A DNA stretch of 63,707 nt, the filler included, from Octopus bimaculoides (lineage: Eukaryota): assembly GCF_001194135.2 (NCBI RefSeq). It is 5 parts of 4 records of this genome, joined end to end, with 100 filler letters (N's around TTAATTAATTAA, not from the genome) between each part and the next. Parts side by side here need not be neighbours in the genome. Positions count along the whole stretch, not along the records: positions 1 to 13,275 come from NC_068997.1; positions 13,376 to 28,193 come from NC_068989.1; 3 more parts are not named here. One strand, written 5' to 3'. The notes beneath the pieces are model-generated. The model had not been told where the DNA came from, did not search any database, and was given only the letters and a program-made list of their open reading frames with translations. Position numbers and translations under genes: made by a program. Below, in pieces: positions 12,729 through 25,696 of this stretch (positions within the stretch are counted from its first letter, which is position 1; every line of letters starts with the position of its first letter).

Positions 12729-12852
12729 ACAGTTTCCATCTACCAAATTCACTCACTAGAGCAATGGTCGGCCTGGGGCTATAGCTGAGGACAAGACAGT
12801 GTAGTAGGACTGAACCCGAAACGTAGTTATTCAAGTTCTTAACCACACAGCC
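12729..12852 (-). mobile_element. SINE family A head fragment
   Basis: CAGTTTCCATCTACCAAATTCACTCAC..TTAACCACACAGCC. Confidence 0.75.
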
Positions 12853-13275
12853 CATTCCTATAGCTCCGACCTAAATTAATTTTCATTTTTACTTGGTCTC
12901 TAAATTACATTGGTCTATCAAGGGCAAATTTTAAGTTAGAAAAATTACTACTGACAGGTTATTATATATACATGATTCTTGTTTTAATGGGAGTTTGGGT
13001 AACACCTTTTTGGCACTAAGGCAGAATTTTTATTTTTTTAAAAAACCCATCAGGAAATTTTCGCAATTCTTGCACCATTTGTTCTTTTGGGATGACTTCT
13101 ATACAATGGCCTCTAATAATCACTAATAATCGATTGAGTTGGTACATCATCTACTAATGTAGTTATTTTCAGCAATTTCACTTTTACATTTACGTGCGTG
13201 TATATATGCGTGAATGTGTGTGTGCGTGTGCGTGTGTGTGACTATGTGAATATGTACGTGTGGTGTAATGTGTAT

Positions 13276-13375
13276 NNNNNNNNNNNNNNNNNNNNNNNNN
13301 NNNNNNNNNNNNNNNNNNNTTAATTAATTAANNNNNNNNNNNNNNNNNNNNNNNNNNNNNNNNNNNNNNNNNNNN
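13276..13375. other. Artificial scaffold spacer N44-TTAATTAATTAA-N44
   Basis: Palindromic 12-mer with stops in all six frames, centred in exactly 100 bp; same structure four times. Confidence 0.95.
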
Positions 13376-13419
13376 GATCCAGACTCTTGCGAAAAAGAAC
13401 CGCCGTGCCACTACCGCCC

Positions 13420-13478
<59 letters not shown>

Positions 13479-13605
13479 GATAGATAGGTAGAGGGGTAGA
13501 TAGATAGACGAACGGACGGAGAGACAGACAGACAGAGAGACAGACAGATAGATAGATACATACATACATACATACGTGCATACATAGACAGACAGACAGA
13601 CAGAC

Positions 13606-13657
<52 letters not shown>

Positions 13658-13791
13658 TATCTGTAAATATGTAAGTTTGTGTATACATATATGTGTGTGT
13701 GTGTGTGTGTGTGTGCGCGCGCCTGTGCGTGTGTGCGTGTATATAATTGAAACTAATTATGCTAAATTCAGACCACGACAGACAGCTGAGA

Positions 13792-14323
13792 ATTTAAGTG
13801 GATAAGAAGTTCGTTTCGCAAGAATGCAGTTCCGGGTTCAGTTCGTAGCAGTTCCTCATCTGTGATGTCTTCGGTTGTTCGTGAATCTTGGCAATAGTAT
13901 CATGCGGATAGAAACTGTGCGGAATAACTTCATGTATTTCTAAACTCTTGAAGCTGAGAATTTCAATTTACAGAGACAAAATTTGCATATCACCTGAGGA
14001 ACCACAACTTGATATCATAATGCAGGGAAACGGCTGCATAATGAAGTACCTGAACGCATAGAGAGACACAGATAGACAGACAGATACATACATACATACA
14101 TACATACACACAAACATACAAACATACATACACATACATAGATGTAGATAGACAGGTTTGTGTATAAGAGTTTAAAAATACATGAAGTTAGCCCGCACAG
14201 TTTCAACCGCAAGATACTATTTACAAGATTAATGAACAATCGATGACATCACAGAAGATGACACTGCTACGAACTGAACCCGGAACTGCATTCTTGCGAA
14301 ACGTACTTCTTATCCACTTAAAT
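13792..14323. repeat. Inverted duplication, 158-bp arms (13792-13949 / 14166-14323), 216-bp spacer
   Basis: Arms align as reverse complements, nearly identical over the outer 65 nt; content is a decayed SINE-A-like head. Confidence 0.9.
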
Positions 14324-14691
14324 GTCTTTCATTACTAAGTACATATCTAAACATTGTATGGCTCTTAGTATGATACGCTAACATTGCTTCTGCTTTCTTT
14401 ACAATCATACTTAGAACAAATTACAATCTTCAAGATTATAGTTTTGAGTAAAAATGCATACTATGATTGATACAGATAACCAACAGGGATTTACATGTGA
14501 AATATGGTGATGGTTTTACTACTTTTCTCTATCCAATTCATTCCCTATTCATTTTAAAATATTAGCAGATTTGTTTTTTTAAATCCAGTTTTCTACGTAT
14601 TTATCTTTCCTTTTATCATATACTACGTAATTCTTTTGTATGTGTTCTTACTGATCAAGAATCTTAGTATAAATATTTGAGACGTCGTATA

Positions 14692-14738
<47 letters not shown>

Positions 14739-15303
14739 TACAGAGATAAACATCTGTCCTTATGCGTATGTGTATTTACATACGATTGTATATGTGTGTA
14801 TGTTTGACTAACACATGCCGCTTATTCTTTCTGTTGTAAGATGTGTCGGATAATTCAATGTTAATGCGATTTCTTATTTCTTAAAGATTTCATAAAAAGC
14901 CCACGCACATTACGTACATTAACAGAAAACATTACATACATTTACAAAGTTATGCACGTATATATNNNNNNNNNNNNNNNNNNNNNNNNNNNNNNNNNNN
15001 NNNNNNNNNNNNNNNNNNNNNNNNNNNNNNNNNNNNNNNNNNNNNNNNNNNNNNNNNNNNNNNNNNNNNNNNNNNNNNNNNNNNNNNNNNNNNNNNNNNN
15101 NNNNNNNNNNNNNNNNNNNNNNNNNNNNNNNNNNNNNNNNNNNNNNNNNNNNNNNNNNNNNNNNNNNNNNNNNNNNNNNNNNNNNNNNNNNNNNNNNNNN
15201 NNNNNNNNNNNNNNNNNNNNNNNNNNNNNNNNNNNNNNNNNNNNNNNNNNNNNNNNNNNNNNNNNNNNNNNNNNNNNNNNNNNNNNNNNNNNNNNNNNNN
15301 NNN

Positions 15304-15586
15304 TATGAGTATATATGCTTCCTTGTACACGCACTCTTATATACACTCGCATGAGTGTGTGGGTTGTGTGTGCTTGTACGTGTATATGCGTGTGTGTGCG
15401 CATATATATATACATATATACATATATATGCATCTGTTTGAAGATAAGTGTAAGAATCAAAACTATAAAATGATTACTATCAACTATTCTATGAGTATAT
15501 ATGCTTCCTTGTACACGCACTCTTATATACACTCGCATGAGTGTGTGGGTTGCGTGTGCTTGTACGTGTATATGCGTGTGTGTGCG
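15304..15586 (+). repeat. Direct repeat, about 97-bp unit with 186-bp period
   Basis: TATGAGTATATATGCTTCCTTGTACACGCACTC..GTGCGCAT at 15304 and 15490. Confidence 0.9.
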
Positions 15587-16183
15587 CATGCCTGTGTGTG
15601 CGCATGCGTGTGCGTGCGTGTGTGTGTGTGTGTGTGTGTGTATGAACGAAATAGCGGTGCGAGAAACTGTCTATAAAACCATAGATGTTTCGAAGTTTCT
15701 TCAATTTCCAATCATTCTTTATCGCTCGTTATTTCATCTCAAATATTCTTTATTATTATCTTTTTTTTTTAATGCTGCTATGTGTTTTTTGTTTTTCTAT
15801 TATTCTTGATTCTTATGAACATTTCAAAAGAAATAAATGAAAACCGGAATGTAAAGAATAAAAGTATCAACAACAAAACCAAATAATAATAAAACGGAAT
15901 ATAATCTCCAACCAATCCAATACAATATTTCCTGATATTTCCAAAGTAATTCTTTATTCTTCGAAGATACAAAGTAATATTCATTCTTGTCCTTTTATTC
16001 ATTTCAATATGTCTGTGTATGAGCTCGTGCCGTCTGTGTGTGTGTGTATGTGTACCTCTGTGTGTGTGTGTGTGTGTGAGTGTGTGTATGTGTGTGTGTG
16101 TGTGTGTACGTGTACGTGCGTGTGTTTGTGTGTGCATAAGTGGAGGGAAACATCTGATCTATTTTCCACTCAATATATCGGCA

Positions 16184-16222
16184 ATAAATTTATGTTACTA
16201 TTGTTGTTGTTATTATTATTAC

Positions 16223-16256
<34 letters not shown>

Positions 16257-16476
16257 ATAATTATTATTATTATTTATATTATTATTATTATTATTATTGT
16301 TATTTATATTATTATTATTATCATTATTATTATTATTATTATTAATAAATTTATGTTAGTATTATGGTTATTATTATTATCATTATTGATAAATTTATGT
16401 TACTATCATTGTTATTAGTATTATTGTTATTATTAATAAATTTATGTTACTATTATTGTTATTATTATTATTATTA

Positions 16477-16540
<64 letters not shown>

Positions 16541-16690
16541 CATTATTATTATTATTGCCGTCTTTGTTACGCTTGTTGTCCTTGATGTTCTTATTATTAT
16601 CACATTCACCGTCACCCTCGCCATCATCGCATCGTTCGTATTATTATTATTATTATTATTATTATCAAAGTGTTCGCAGTAATTATTATT
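16184..16690. repeat. (TAT)n microsatellite with a recurring 17-bp interruption
   Basis: Read directly. Confidence 0.95.
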
Positions 16691-17257
16691 AATATTATTT
16701 ATGCTATCTTTATCTTTAATGTTCTTTTTGGTTATCATTGATATTCACGTTGATATTATTTGTCAATTGATAGATTATATAATGTCGTTGTTGATTGAAT
16801 ATTTTTACAATATTGATTTTAATGCATCTGTCTATAGTTGTCTTTGTTTATTTCTCATATATCATATTTTCTTTTTTCATATTACGACAGTGACAACATG
16901 TTCAACAAAACTTGTATATATATAAATCATCCTGACTTGAGATAAAACTTTTAAAGCACTCTTTCACAATGATACGAATTTCTACACTTACCACTGCATA
17001 AACTTATATCATTACATTTATTATAGCTAAAATTATATTTTTTTTTCTGAAGTTTATCATGTTTTCTACAATTGCCATCGTGTTAACATTTATCATTGTA
17101 TACATTACATAATCAATTACAATCAGCCGTCACCCATGAACGAGCGTATGTCATGCTTTCGTTATTTTAAGTTGCAATACATATAGAGATGTCATTCAAT
17201 CTCCTCTCCTTTGGTCCATCGTAACATCCAGGATACCATTATTAGAGAGAAAGATTA

Positions 17258-17474
17258 GACGGTGAGATGGCAGAATCGTTAGTGCGCTGGAAGAAATGCT
17301 TAGTGGTATTTCACCCGTTGTTACGTTCTGAGTTCAAATTCCGCCGAAGTCGACTTTACCTTTCATCCTTTCGGGGTCGATAAATTAAGTTCCACTTGCA
17401 TACTGGGGTTGATCTAATCGACTACCCCTCCTTCCCCAAAATTTCGGGCCTTGTGCCTAGAGTAGAAAAGGATA
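17258..17474 (+). mobile_element. SINE family B, full length, first of a head-to-tail pair
   Basis: Head GGTGAGATGGCAGAATCGTTAG, B-box GAGTTCAAATTCC, core CTTTCATCCTTTCGGGGTCGATAAA, tail GCCTTGTGCCTAGAGTAGAA. Confidence 0.9.
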
Positions 17475-17496
17475 TCATTATTAGAGAGCAAGGTAA

Positions 17497-17712
17497 GGCG
17501 GCGAGCTGGCAGAATCGTTAGCGCGCTGGACGAAATGCTTAGTGATATTTCGCCCGTCGTTACGTTCTGAGTTCAAATTCCGCCGAGGTCGACTTTATCT
17601 TTTGTACTTTCGGAGTCGATAAAGTAAGTACTAGTGAAACACTGGGGTCGATATAATAGACTAGTCCCCTCCCCCAAAATTTCAGGCATCGTGCCTCTAG
17701 TAGAAGGGATTA
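17497..17712 (+). mobile_element. SINE family B, full length, second of the pair
   Basis: Same motifs as the preceding copy. Confidence 0.9.
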
Positions 17713-18161
17713 TCAGTGAGAAAGGTGAGAAGGAGAAACCGAGGCGAATAGAGAGAGAGAGGTGGTCAGTGAGAGAGGGGGAGGCTGCACCAGCAACATG
17801 GCTGGTATCCATTACTGCTTAATATATTGAAGCAATATGAAATGCAGTACTTTCCTGAAGGACGCGAATTCTACCTGATTCAGAATTTAAACTCAAAATC
17901 TGATGAGCATGAGTTGTACACTCAACCACTAGGCCACGTGACTTCGCATGCGCAAGTACTGATAGATCGACAGGAACTTATAATACATCCTTTTATTTGT
18001 AGAATTTATAGACCAACGTTTACTTGAAATAGCAGCTAATTCTACTGGAGAGAAAATGAATGATACATTTGTTAATGTTATCCTGACTGAAATTTAGCAA
18101 AAAGCCAAATGCATTTTAATAGAAATTAGTGCTCATGTTCTCGATAAACTTTCATTTGTTT

Positions 18162-18955
18162 TTATTCTATGAATCTGCCTTCAACTTCGATGGTCACTTC
18201 AACACGTGACTGCACTAACTGGCTGTCATTCACTCCTGACATCAGGTGGACAATGGTTTTGTTGTTGGCACTCCGTCCCTTACGACGTCGAGGTTTCCAG
18301 TTGATCCGATCAACGGAACAGCCTGCTCGTGAAATTAACGTGCAAGTGGCTGAGCACTCCACAGACACGTGTACCCATAACGTAGTTCTCGGGGATATTC
18401 AGCGTGACACAGTGTGACAAGGCTGAACCTTTGAATTACAGGCACAACAGAAACAGGAAGTAAGAGTGAGAGAAAGTTGTGGTGAAAGAGTACAGCAGGG
18501 TTCGCCACCATCCCCTGCCGGAGCCTCGTGGAGCTTTTAGATGTTTTCGCTCAAGAAAAAAACACTCACAACGCCCGGTCTGGGAATCGAAACCGCGATC
18601 CTATGACCACGAGTACACTGCCCTCACCACTGGGCCATTGCGCCTCCACGGTGGTGGACAATGGTAGCATGCAGTTAACTATGGTATCATGGTGATGTGG
18701 ATTTGTCTTGCGTTCAAAAACGCTCCAAGCGTAGTAGTCCATGGGATTTAATTATGGTTAAATTGGAGGCGACAAGTTTGATGTCACATGATTGTATTGA
18801 TTATCTGATATCCATTCTTGACTTGCGTCGAATTTGTGAAGAGCTTCTGGAACATGTTGATATGTGGTTGGCTTTCCACTGCGTACCTCATCAGCAGCAC
18901 TTCAATAATTCCAGCAGCATTGATTTTTATGCCTCTGTATGTATGTCTATATATA
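18162..18955 (-). mobile_element. Tc1/mariner-superfamily transposase relic (maT/DD37D-like), interrupted by a SINE
   Basis: - strand peptides QEWISDNQYNHVTSNLSPP, LNPMDYYAWSVFERKTN (cf. WPPxSPDLNPLDY) and C-terminus SRVEVTIEVEGRFIE*; stops and frameshifts present. Confidence 0.75.
18258..18647 (-). mobile_element. tRNA-derived SINE family C, full length, with 13-bp TSD
   Basis: Reverse complement of 28882-29273; GGTGGACAATGGT at 18245-18257 and 18653-18665. Confidence 0.92.
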
Positions 18956-19643
18956 TATGTTGTAAATTGATAAAGCTAGATAGACATAGAAAGATAGACA
19001 AATAGATAGAATCACCCCACACACACATAAGTATCTATGTATCTATGTATGTATAAACATTCCATTGGTGTACATATGTTAATATAGAGTGCATATTGAC
19101 CATTATTTCAATAAGTGCTAGTTTAATCAGAAGGAGCATCGCGTTTTATTGAATAATATTTTCTTCATTTCACCTATATAAGTTCTATGATCGAGAACCG
19201 GTAAATGCTTGGTGAGCCGTTTGAACGATTTCTTTTGTGTTCAATTTTACATATGTGTTGTAAACAATGTTATGATTAAACAGGAGAATTGATCTTTAAC
19301 TAATTTCTATTCAAGCTAGGAATCAAACTGATAGCTGAAATTGGTTTCTAACAAAGAAAATATGCTTTTGCATAAAATCAGACATGTTCAGGTTTTTAAT
19401 TATTTCGTGACGAAATCTGTCCTATTGATTTATTTACAATTGTGTCTATTTACTGTATCGGTTTGTCAATCTAACTACACACACATATTCAAATCAATAA
19501 GTGTACATAATTACACCCAATATATTTATATATGTAGGCGTGTATGCGTAGAAAGAATACAGGAACCTCAACTGGAAAGCATAAACAGCAGTTAAATATA
19601 ATAGGTGAACATCTTTTAAACATCACTCCATCTGCTAAAACTG

Positions 19644-19724
<81 letters not shown>

Positions 19725-19833
19725 TAGAGACATTGGATAATCGAACCCTACTGTAGGTTAACTACCATTAAATATAATAGGAAAAGGCCACAGATGAGAC
19801 GATTTAAGAATCTATTAGATTAGAGCTGGCCAG

Positions 19834-19891
<58 letters not shown>

Positions 19892-19980
19892 ATACTACTA
19901 CTACCATCACTACTGCTGTTGTTGCTACGACTGTTGCACGTGTTGCTGCTTCTCCTACCATAACTACGACGACGACGACG

Positions 19981-20039
<59 letters not shown>

Positions 20040-20050
20040 ACTACTACAGC
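19834..20050. repeat. (ACT)n/(ACG)n/(GCA)n compound repeat
   Basis: Read directly. Confidence 0.95.
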
Positions 20051-21242
20051 AGCAGCAGCATGGGTAACAACATCTGCACCACCTGAAAATTATTTGCTGT
20101 ATGATAGAGTTTCGATATAGTTACTTGCCCTGTTGGAAATGGTAATCCGAATTCGATTTTAAAGGGTTCTTTGACATATCTAAAACGAGATCTACTGAAA
20201 GAGAAAACATAACATTGAGATATCGTGCCTACCACAGAGAAGAGATGAGTCAACCACCACCGAATTGCCGGTTGAATCAAAGTTAATCCGAGTTACTCAG
20301 CAAAACTAGAATCATCACCGACCTTATATAAGCATCTGCCCTACCAAAACTCCCACACACCAATCTACCACTTCCGAAAGAGCTTTAGATTGCACAATGT
20401 CAGTCTAAGCTGACAGCACAATGGAAAATTTACAATATATATATATATATATATATGAATATTAAACTGCTTTATTGTTGATATTTCTTTAATGGTAAAT
20501 GGATGTTTTATTTCAAGCAAGATGTCACTCACTCATATTCGTACAAGCAAATACGCGCGCGCACATACACATATATAAATATANNNNNNNNNNNNNNNNN
20601 NNNNNNNNNNNNNNNNNNNNNNNNNNNNNNNNNNNNNNNNNNNNNNNNNNNNNNNNNNNNNNNNNNNNNNNNNNNNNNNNNNNNNNNNNNNNNNNNNNNN
20701 NNNNNNNNNNNNNNNNNNNNNNNNNNNNNNNNNNNNNNNNNNNNNNNNNNNNNNNNNNNNNNNNNNNNNNNNNNNNNNNNNNNNNNNNNNNNNNNNNNNN
20801 NNNNNNNNNNNNNNNNNNNNNNNNNNNNNNNNNNNNNNNNNNNNNNNNNNNNNNNNNNNNNNNNNNNNNNNNNNNNNNNNNNNNNNNNNNNNNNNNNNNN
20901 NNNNNNNNNNNNNNNNNNNNNNNNNNNNNNNNNNNNNNNNNNNNNNNNNNNNNNNNNNNNNNNNNNNNNNNNNNNNNNNNNNNNNNNNNNNNNNNNNNNN
21001 NNNNNNNNNNNNNNNNNNNNNNNNNNNNNNNNNNNNNNNNNNNNNNNNNNNNNNNNNNNNNNNNNNNNNNNNNNNNNNNNNNNNNNNNNNNNNNNNNNNN
21101 NNNNNNNNNNNNNNNNNNNNNNNNNNNNNNNNNNNNNNNNNNNNNNNNNNNNNNNNNNNNNNNNNNNNNNNNNNNNNNNNNNNNNNNNNNNNNNNNNNNN
21201 NNNNNNNNNNNNNNNNNNATATGTATATGTATATGTATGTGA

Positions 21243-21335
21243 AGGCGGCGAGCTGGCAGAATGTTTAGCACGCCGGGCGAAATGATCAGCCGTATTTCGT
21301 CCGCCGTTATGTTCTGAGTTCAAATTCCGCCAAGT
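21243..21335 (+). mobile_element. SINE family B head fragment
   Basis: GGCGGCGAGCTGGCAGAA..GTTCTGAGTTCAAATTCCGCC. Confidence 0.85.
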
Positions 21336-22597
21336 GGCATATTTTGAGATATTGGATTGGCTGTAACCCAAAAAGAATGAATTACAGCCATAGAGAAAAA
21401 GCTAACTTCGCCCTTTTATTACTAGAAATATTAATATCTCATGTTATCAAATATAAGTATTTCAACAGCGCTACATTGCTCTTCAATGAATTGCTAGAAT
21501 CTAGTGGATTCAGAAAAAATATATTAAGTGTGACACCATTTCTGCTATATAGACACTAGTAAGAAGAATCGTAGCTCGCTGTTTGCCGATTTCCTTAGAA
21601 ATTCAGTGTGCTATGAAGAGAAACTTCGTAGCTTTAAATATAAGAATTTTTCAATCAAAATTCTTTAAGCAATGACAGCATGATCATTATTACCGCTATA
21701 CTACCAACGTGAAAAAAAAATAACAATTCAACTTACTAAATTAACTAAATTAACTCCACATTTACACATGAAATCACATGTCTCATGTAGTATATGAAGG
21801 TTACCTTAATTGAGAGATGCATACCATAACGAAATGTAATGTGTTATGCAGAAATGAGAAAATCCTCATACTGAAAAAACTTAACATATTCGCAACTGCT
21901 GAAATGTTAATTTAGAAGTTTCTCTAAATATCGTTAGCTCGCAGAATACTTTCCGAAACACTGTAAGATCATACCAACGCTTGATTGATTGGATCAATAC
22001 TTAAATATGAAGATGGAACTCTGAGAATATTTCTGACTTCCTCTTTTCAGTTTCAACCGAGTAATAAACACTCTTGAACTTATGATATATCAATAACCTT
22101 CTGGTGTTATTTTTAAGTATTTATCTTTACATACTCACAGCAGTATGAATCTTAATGAAAATGCTTGCAAATGGTTTTTGTCTATCCTATTGTAATCGTT
22201 CACACTTTAACTTTCAGTTCTATGTACGGACTGTTCATATTTCTCTTTCACTTCAATCTCTTCCTTAATAATATGTGTTTATAAGTTCTTCTCATTTGAT
22301 ATTTTAAAATTCTTCTTCTTGACTATTTCTAAATACATAGCGATTTTAACTTACATATCACACCAATTTTTATTCCTTATATGATTTTCCAATGTTGAAT
22401 GCAATACCGGAAACTCGGGACAAAAACAACCCTTAAATGTCAAAAATACTTGACAAACTGTTTAAGTTTATCGGCTGAAGTATACTTATAAACCATGCAA
22501 AAAAAATTAACTTACGATCTATTATTTCTAACGGAATCTAACATTTTATGCGTGAATATGCGTATGTGTGTGTAAGCGTGTTTTTGTGTGCGTATGC

Positions 22598-22629
<32 letters not shown>

Positions 22630-24032
22630 ACGTGCGTGCGTGTGTGAATGTTTGTGCGTGCGTGAGTGTGTGTGTATGTGTGTGTGTGTCTGTGTGTAAC
22701 ATAAGAGCACTATATGAGAATCTGTAAGTCGTGTTCCAGTTTCTTATTTAGCAATGATGTATGAACATTATAACCTTTGAAATGCATAATTTTGGTAAAT
22801 CCATTCAGCAAAAAAGAAAAAAAAAGATATTTAATTTCTGCATTCTACTCGCCGTTTACAGACACTTAAACATATAAAGGCTTTCACAGAAACATACTGT
22901 GATGCAATTACGTATGTACAAAGAAAAAAACATCTGCTGACTAAGCTGTTATACCGAAGAAAAACACGTCATTCACAGAAAATACGCAAAACGCACTCGC
23001 GTAAACAAGGGCATACGGCTAAACCGCAATCCATTCCCAGAAGCCATGAAGTGTACAGAACGACACACACATTGTTTGCGACAAAATACACACATTTAAC
23101 ACGACTTAAACACGAATATCTTCAAACAGCATCGACAAACATACGCTACATCTGAGTTGTGAGACTGAACCATTTCCTAAGCCAACAATTCCATAACAAT
23201 TTCCGTGTGTTGTTTGCTAATCTCAGTCTGTGACCATTATCTCCCGTGGCAGCTTTTGAAGTTATCAATCTTTTTTTTTTCTAGTATTGTCGGTGACGCT
23301 AGTGCAGAAGAAGTGATAGTATTAGTGGTGGATGTAGTCATATTAAAATTGATACTAGAGACGGATATTGTTGTCAGTTATGTCAATGTCTGTGTATTCT
23401 TCAGAGATACGACTGTTTGTAATGACCGTGTTCAAATTCTTGTGATACGAGCTGATGTTGTTTAGTGCAACATCTGCCCCGATCATGCATACATACGAAC
23501 AAAGTTAATCCACTCAGGGCCTTCCTTAGTTTTTAGTGGACGGTTAGGTACACGTGCACTTTCTATCGTGTAAGAATTTTCGGTAATATCCATTGCCGTC
23601 AGTGAATTTTGCCGCTTTTGTCTCGCTCGTCGAAGGCATGTGTAAAACTATTTTGATGGACAGAATCGGAAGAGACAGCAAAAGCACCGTGTTCAATGAG
23701 TGGTAAATAGTATATGAATGATTCAACAGGCACATTAACAAGAACATTTATCCTACCTGTCTCTCCCTCCCTTTCTCTCTCAACACACACATAAATACAC
23801 ATGTGCATATATAAATGTGCATACGTATGTCGTTTGTGTGTGCGTGTGTCGTTTATAAAATGAGAGTCAACATTTTCTGCAAGAAATAGCAGTTTAGCTC
23901 CCGCAAATCACATCATCCTATTGAAGAAAACGAAGGAAACAATTACATATGTTGTCCCAGATACCTGTATGTACACAGGTAACATACTTCAACTGGAGTG
24001 ACTGACATTTGTGCTTCTATATGAAAGGGTAG

Positions 24033-24177
24033 GAGCACTCCGTCGGTTACGAAGACGTGGGTCCCAGTTGATCCGATCAATGAAACAACTTGCTCGTGAA
24101 ATGAGCGTGAAAGTGGCTGAGCACTCCACAGACACGTGTACCCCTAACGTAGTTCTCAGAGAGATTCAGCGTGACAG
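24033..24177 (-). mobile_element. SINE family C 3' fragment
   Basis: GCACTCCGTCGGTTACG..CAGTTGATCCGATCAA..GTGGCTGAGCACTCCACAGACACGTG. Confidence 0.85.
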
Positions 24178-24584
24178 TCCTATATCAGTCCTACAGAAAA
24201 GAAACAAACATTATAAAATGCTTATGCGATATTGTATTATTTGTTTACAAAAATAGATATAAGATAAAAAAAAAATTGTCACATTTTATTACATTCTCCA
24301 TATATATTATTGTTTCCGGTATAAACTAATATTACTAAAAGATATTACCGCTATCTGGCACATTGGGAGAAAAAAAACTGCTCGTACGCCACATCAGATA
24401 GTTTAGGAAACACTGCTATAAATGACTTTCATTTGACCCAGGTTAAAAATCAATAGCAAAACACACTGATACGATAATGTCCTTAAATATTCGTTCAAGC
24501 TAAGTGTGACTTATATACTATTGTGATATTTACCCTAACGGTAATTTCTTTGAATAAATGCATAAGTTTTATTGAAACTTCATA

Positions 24585-24766
24585 CTCTCTTTACTCGTTT
24601 CAGTCATTTGACTGCGGCCATGCTGGAGCACCGCCTTTAGTCGCGCAAATCGGCTCTAGGACTTATTCTTTATAAGCTTAGTACTTATTCTATCGTTCTC
24701 TTTTGCTGAACCACTAAGTTACGGGGACGTAAACACACCAGCATAGGTCGTCAAGCGATGTTGGGC

Positions 24767-24775
<9 letters not shown>
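24585..24775 (-). mobile_element. SINE family A 3' half
   Basis: TTTCAGTCATTTGACTGCGGCCATGCTGGAGCACC..GGGGACGTAAACACACCAGC; enters (AC)n then a gap. Confidence 0.88.
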
Positions 24776-24807
<32 letters not shown>

Positions 24808-25696
24808 NNNNNNNNNNNNNNNNNNNNNNNNNNNNNNNNNNNNNNNNNNNNNNNNNNNNNNNNNNNNNNNNNNNNNNNNNNNNNNNNNNNNNNNNNNNNN
24901 NNNNNNNNNNNNNNNNNNNNNNNNNNNNNNNNNNNNNNNNNNNNNNNNNNNNNNNNNNNNNNNNNNNNNNNNNNNNNNNNNNNNNNNNNNNNNNNNNNNN
25001 NNNNNNNNNNNNNNNNNNNNNNNNNNNNNNNNNNNNNNNNNNNNNNNNNNNNNNNNNNNNNNNNNNNNNNNNNNNNNNNNNNNNNNNNNNNNNNNNNNNN
25101 NNNNNNNNNNNNNNNNNNNNNNNNNNNNNNNNNNNNNNNNNNNNNNNNNNNNNNNNNNNNNNNNNNNNNNNNNNNNNNNNNNNNNNNNNNNNNNNNGGCT
25201 GGCTGGCTGGCTGGCTGGCTCGTTGGTGCAGATTATGTGTTGGTGCTATCTGATGTGAGTGATAGCTGTGAGGTTTTGGTGATTTAGAAAATATAGAGCT
25301 TGTTTGTCTTGTTTGTGTGTGAACGTAACAACATCCGATGTGACAAATGCTATGCTGCTGTTTTTGATTAATAGATTTGGAGATGGATTAGCTGTGGTAT
25401 TATTGACAATGTCGTCAATGCAGTTGCTTGAGGCGGTTGTATTTTCCGTATTGTGTGGATGTGGCACTACTTATGGTAATTATTCCTTATTATTCAGAGA
25501 AATATACTTCCTTCCTAAATTAGATACATTTAATTGTACGACCTTTGTCATAAGTAATTTGTCATGAAACTGAAAATTCCGTCGTTGCATTACTATTAAT
25601 ATTTTAATCATTTTTATAATGAAGATGTTAGGGAATTAGATATTGATGGAGTAGCTGAAATTAGAATTCGTAAGTAAAGTCTTTTAAACTGACGCT

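Noticed and set aside
13320-13331. TTAATTAATTAA as a homeodomain site or piggyBac/Kolobok target
   Set aside because: Centred in exactly 88 Ns four times; an assembly spacer.
15304-16452. Repeat-spacer appearance suggesting CRISPR (also 47898-48319)
   Set aside because: Eukaryotic context, two to four units with non-unique or irregular spacers, and no cas genes.
21935-22120. - strand YHKFKSVYYSVETEKRKSEIF..DLTVFRK resembling a cathepsin I29 propeptide
   Set aside because: Needs a stop and a shift, has no ERFNIN match, and there is no protease exon nearby.
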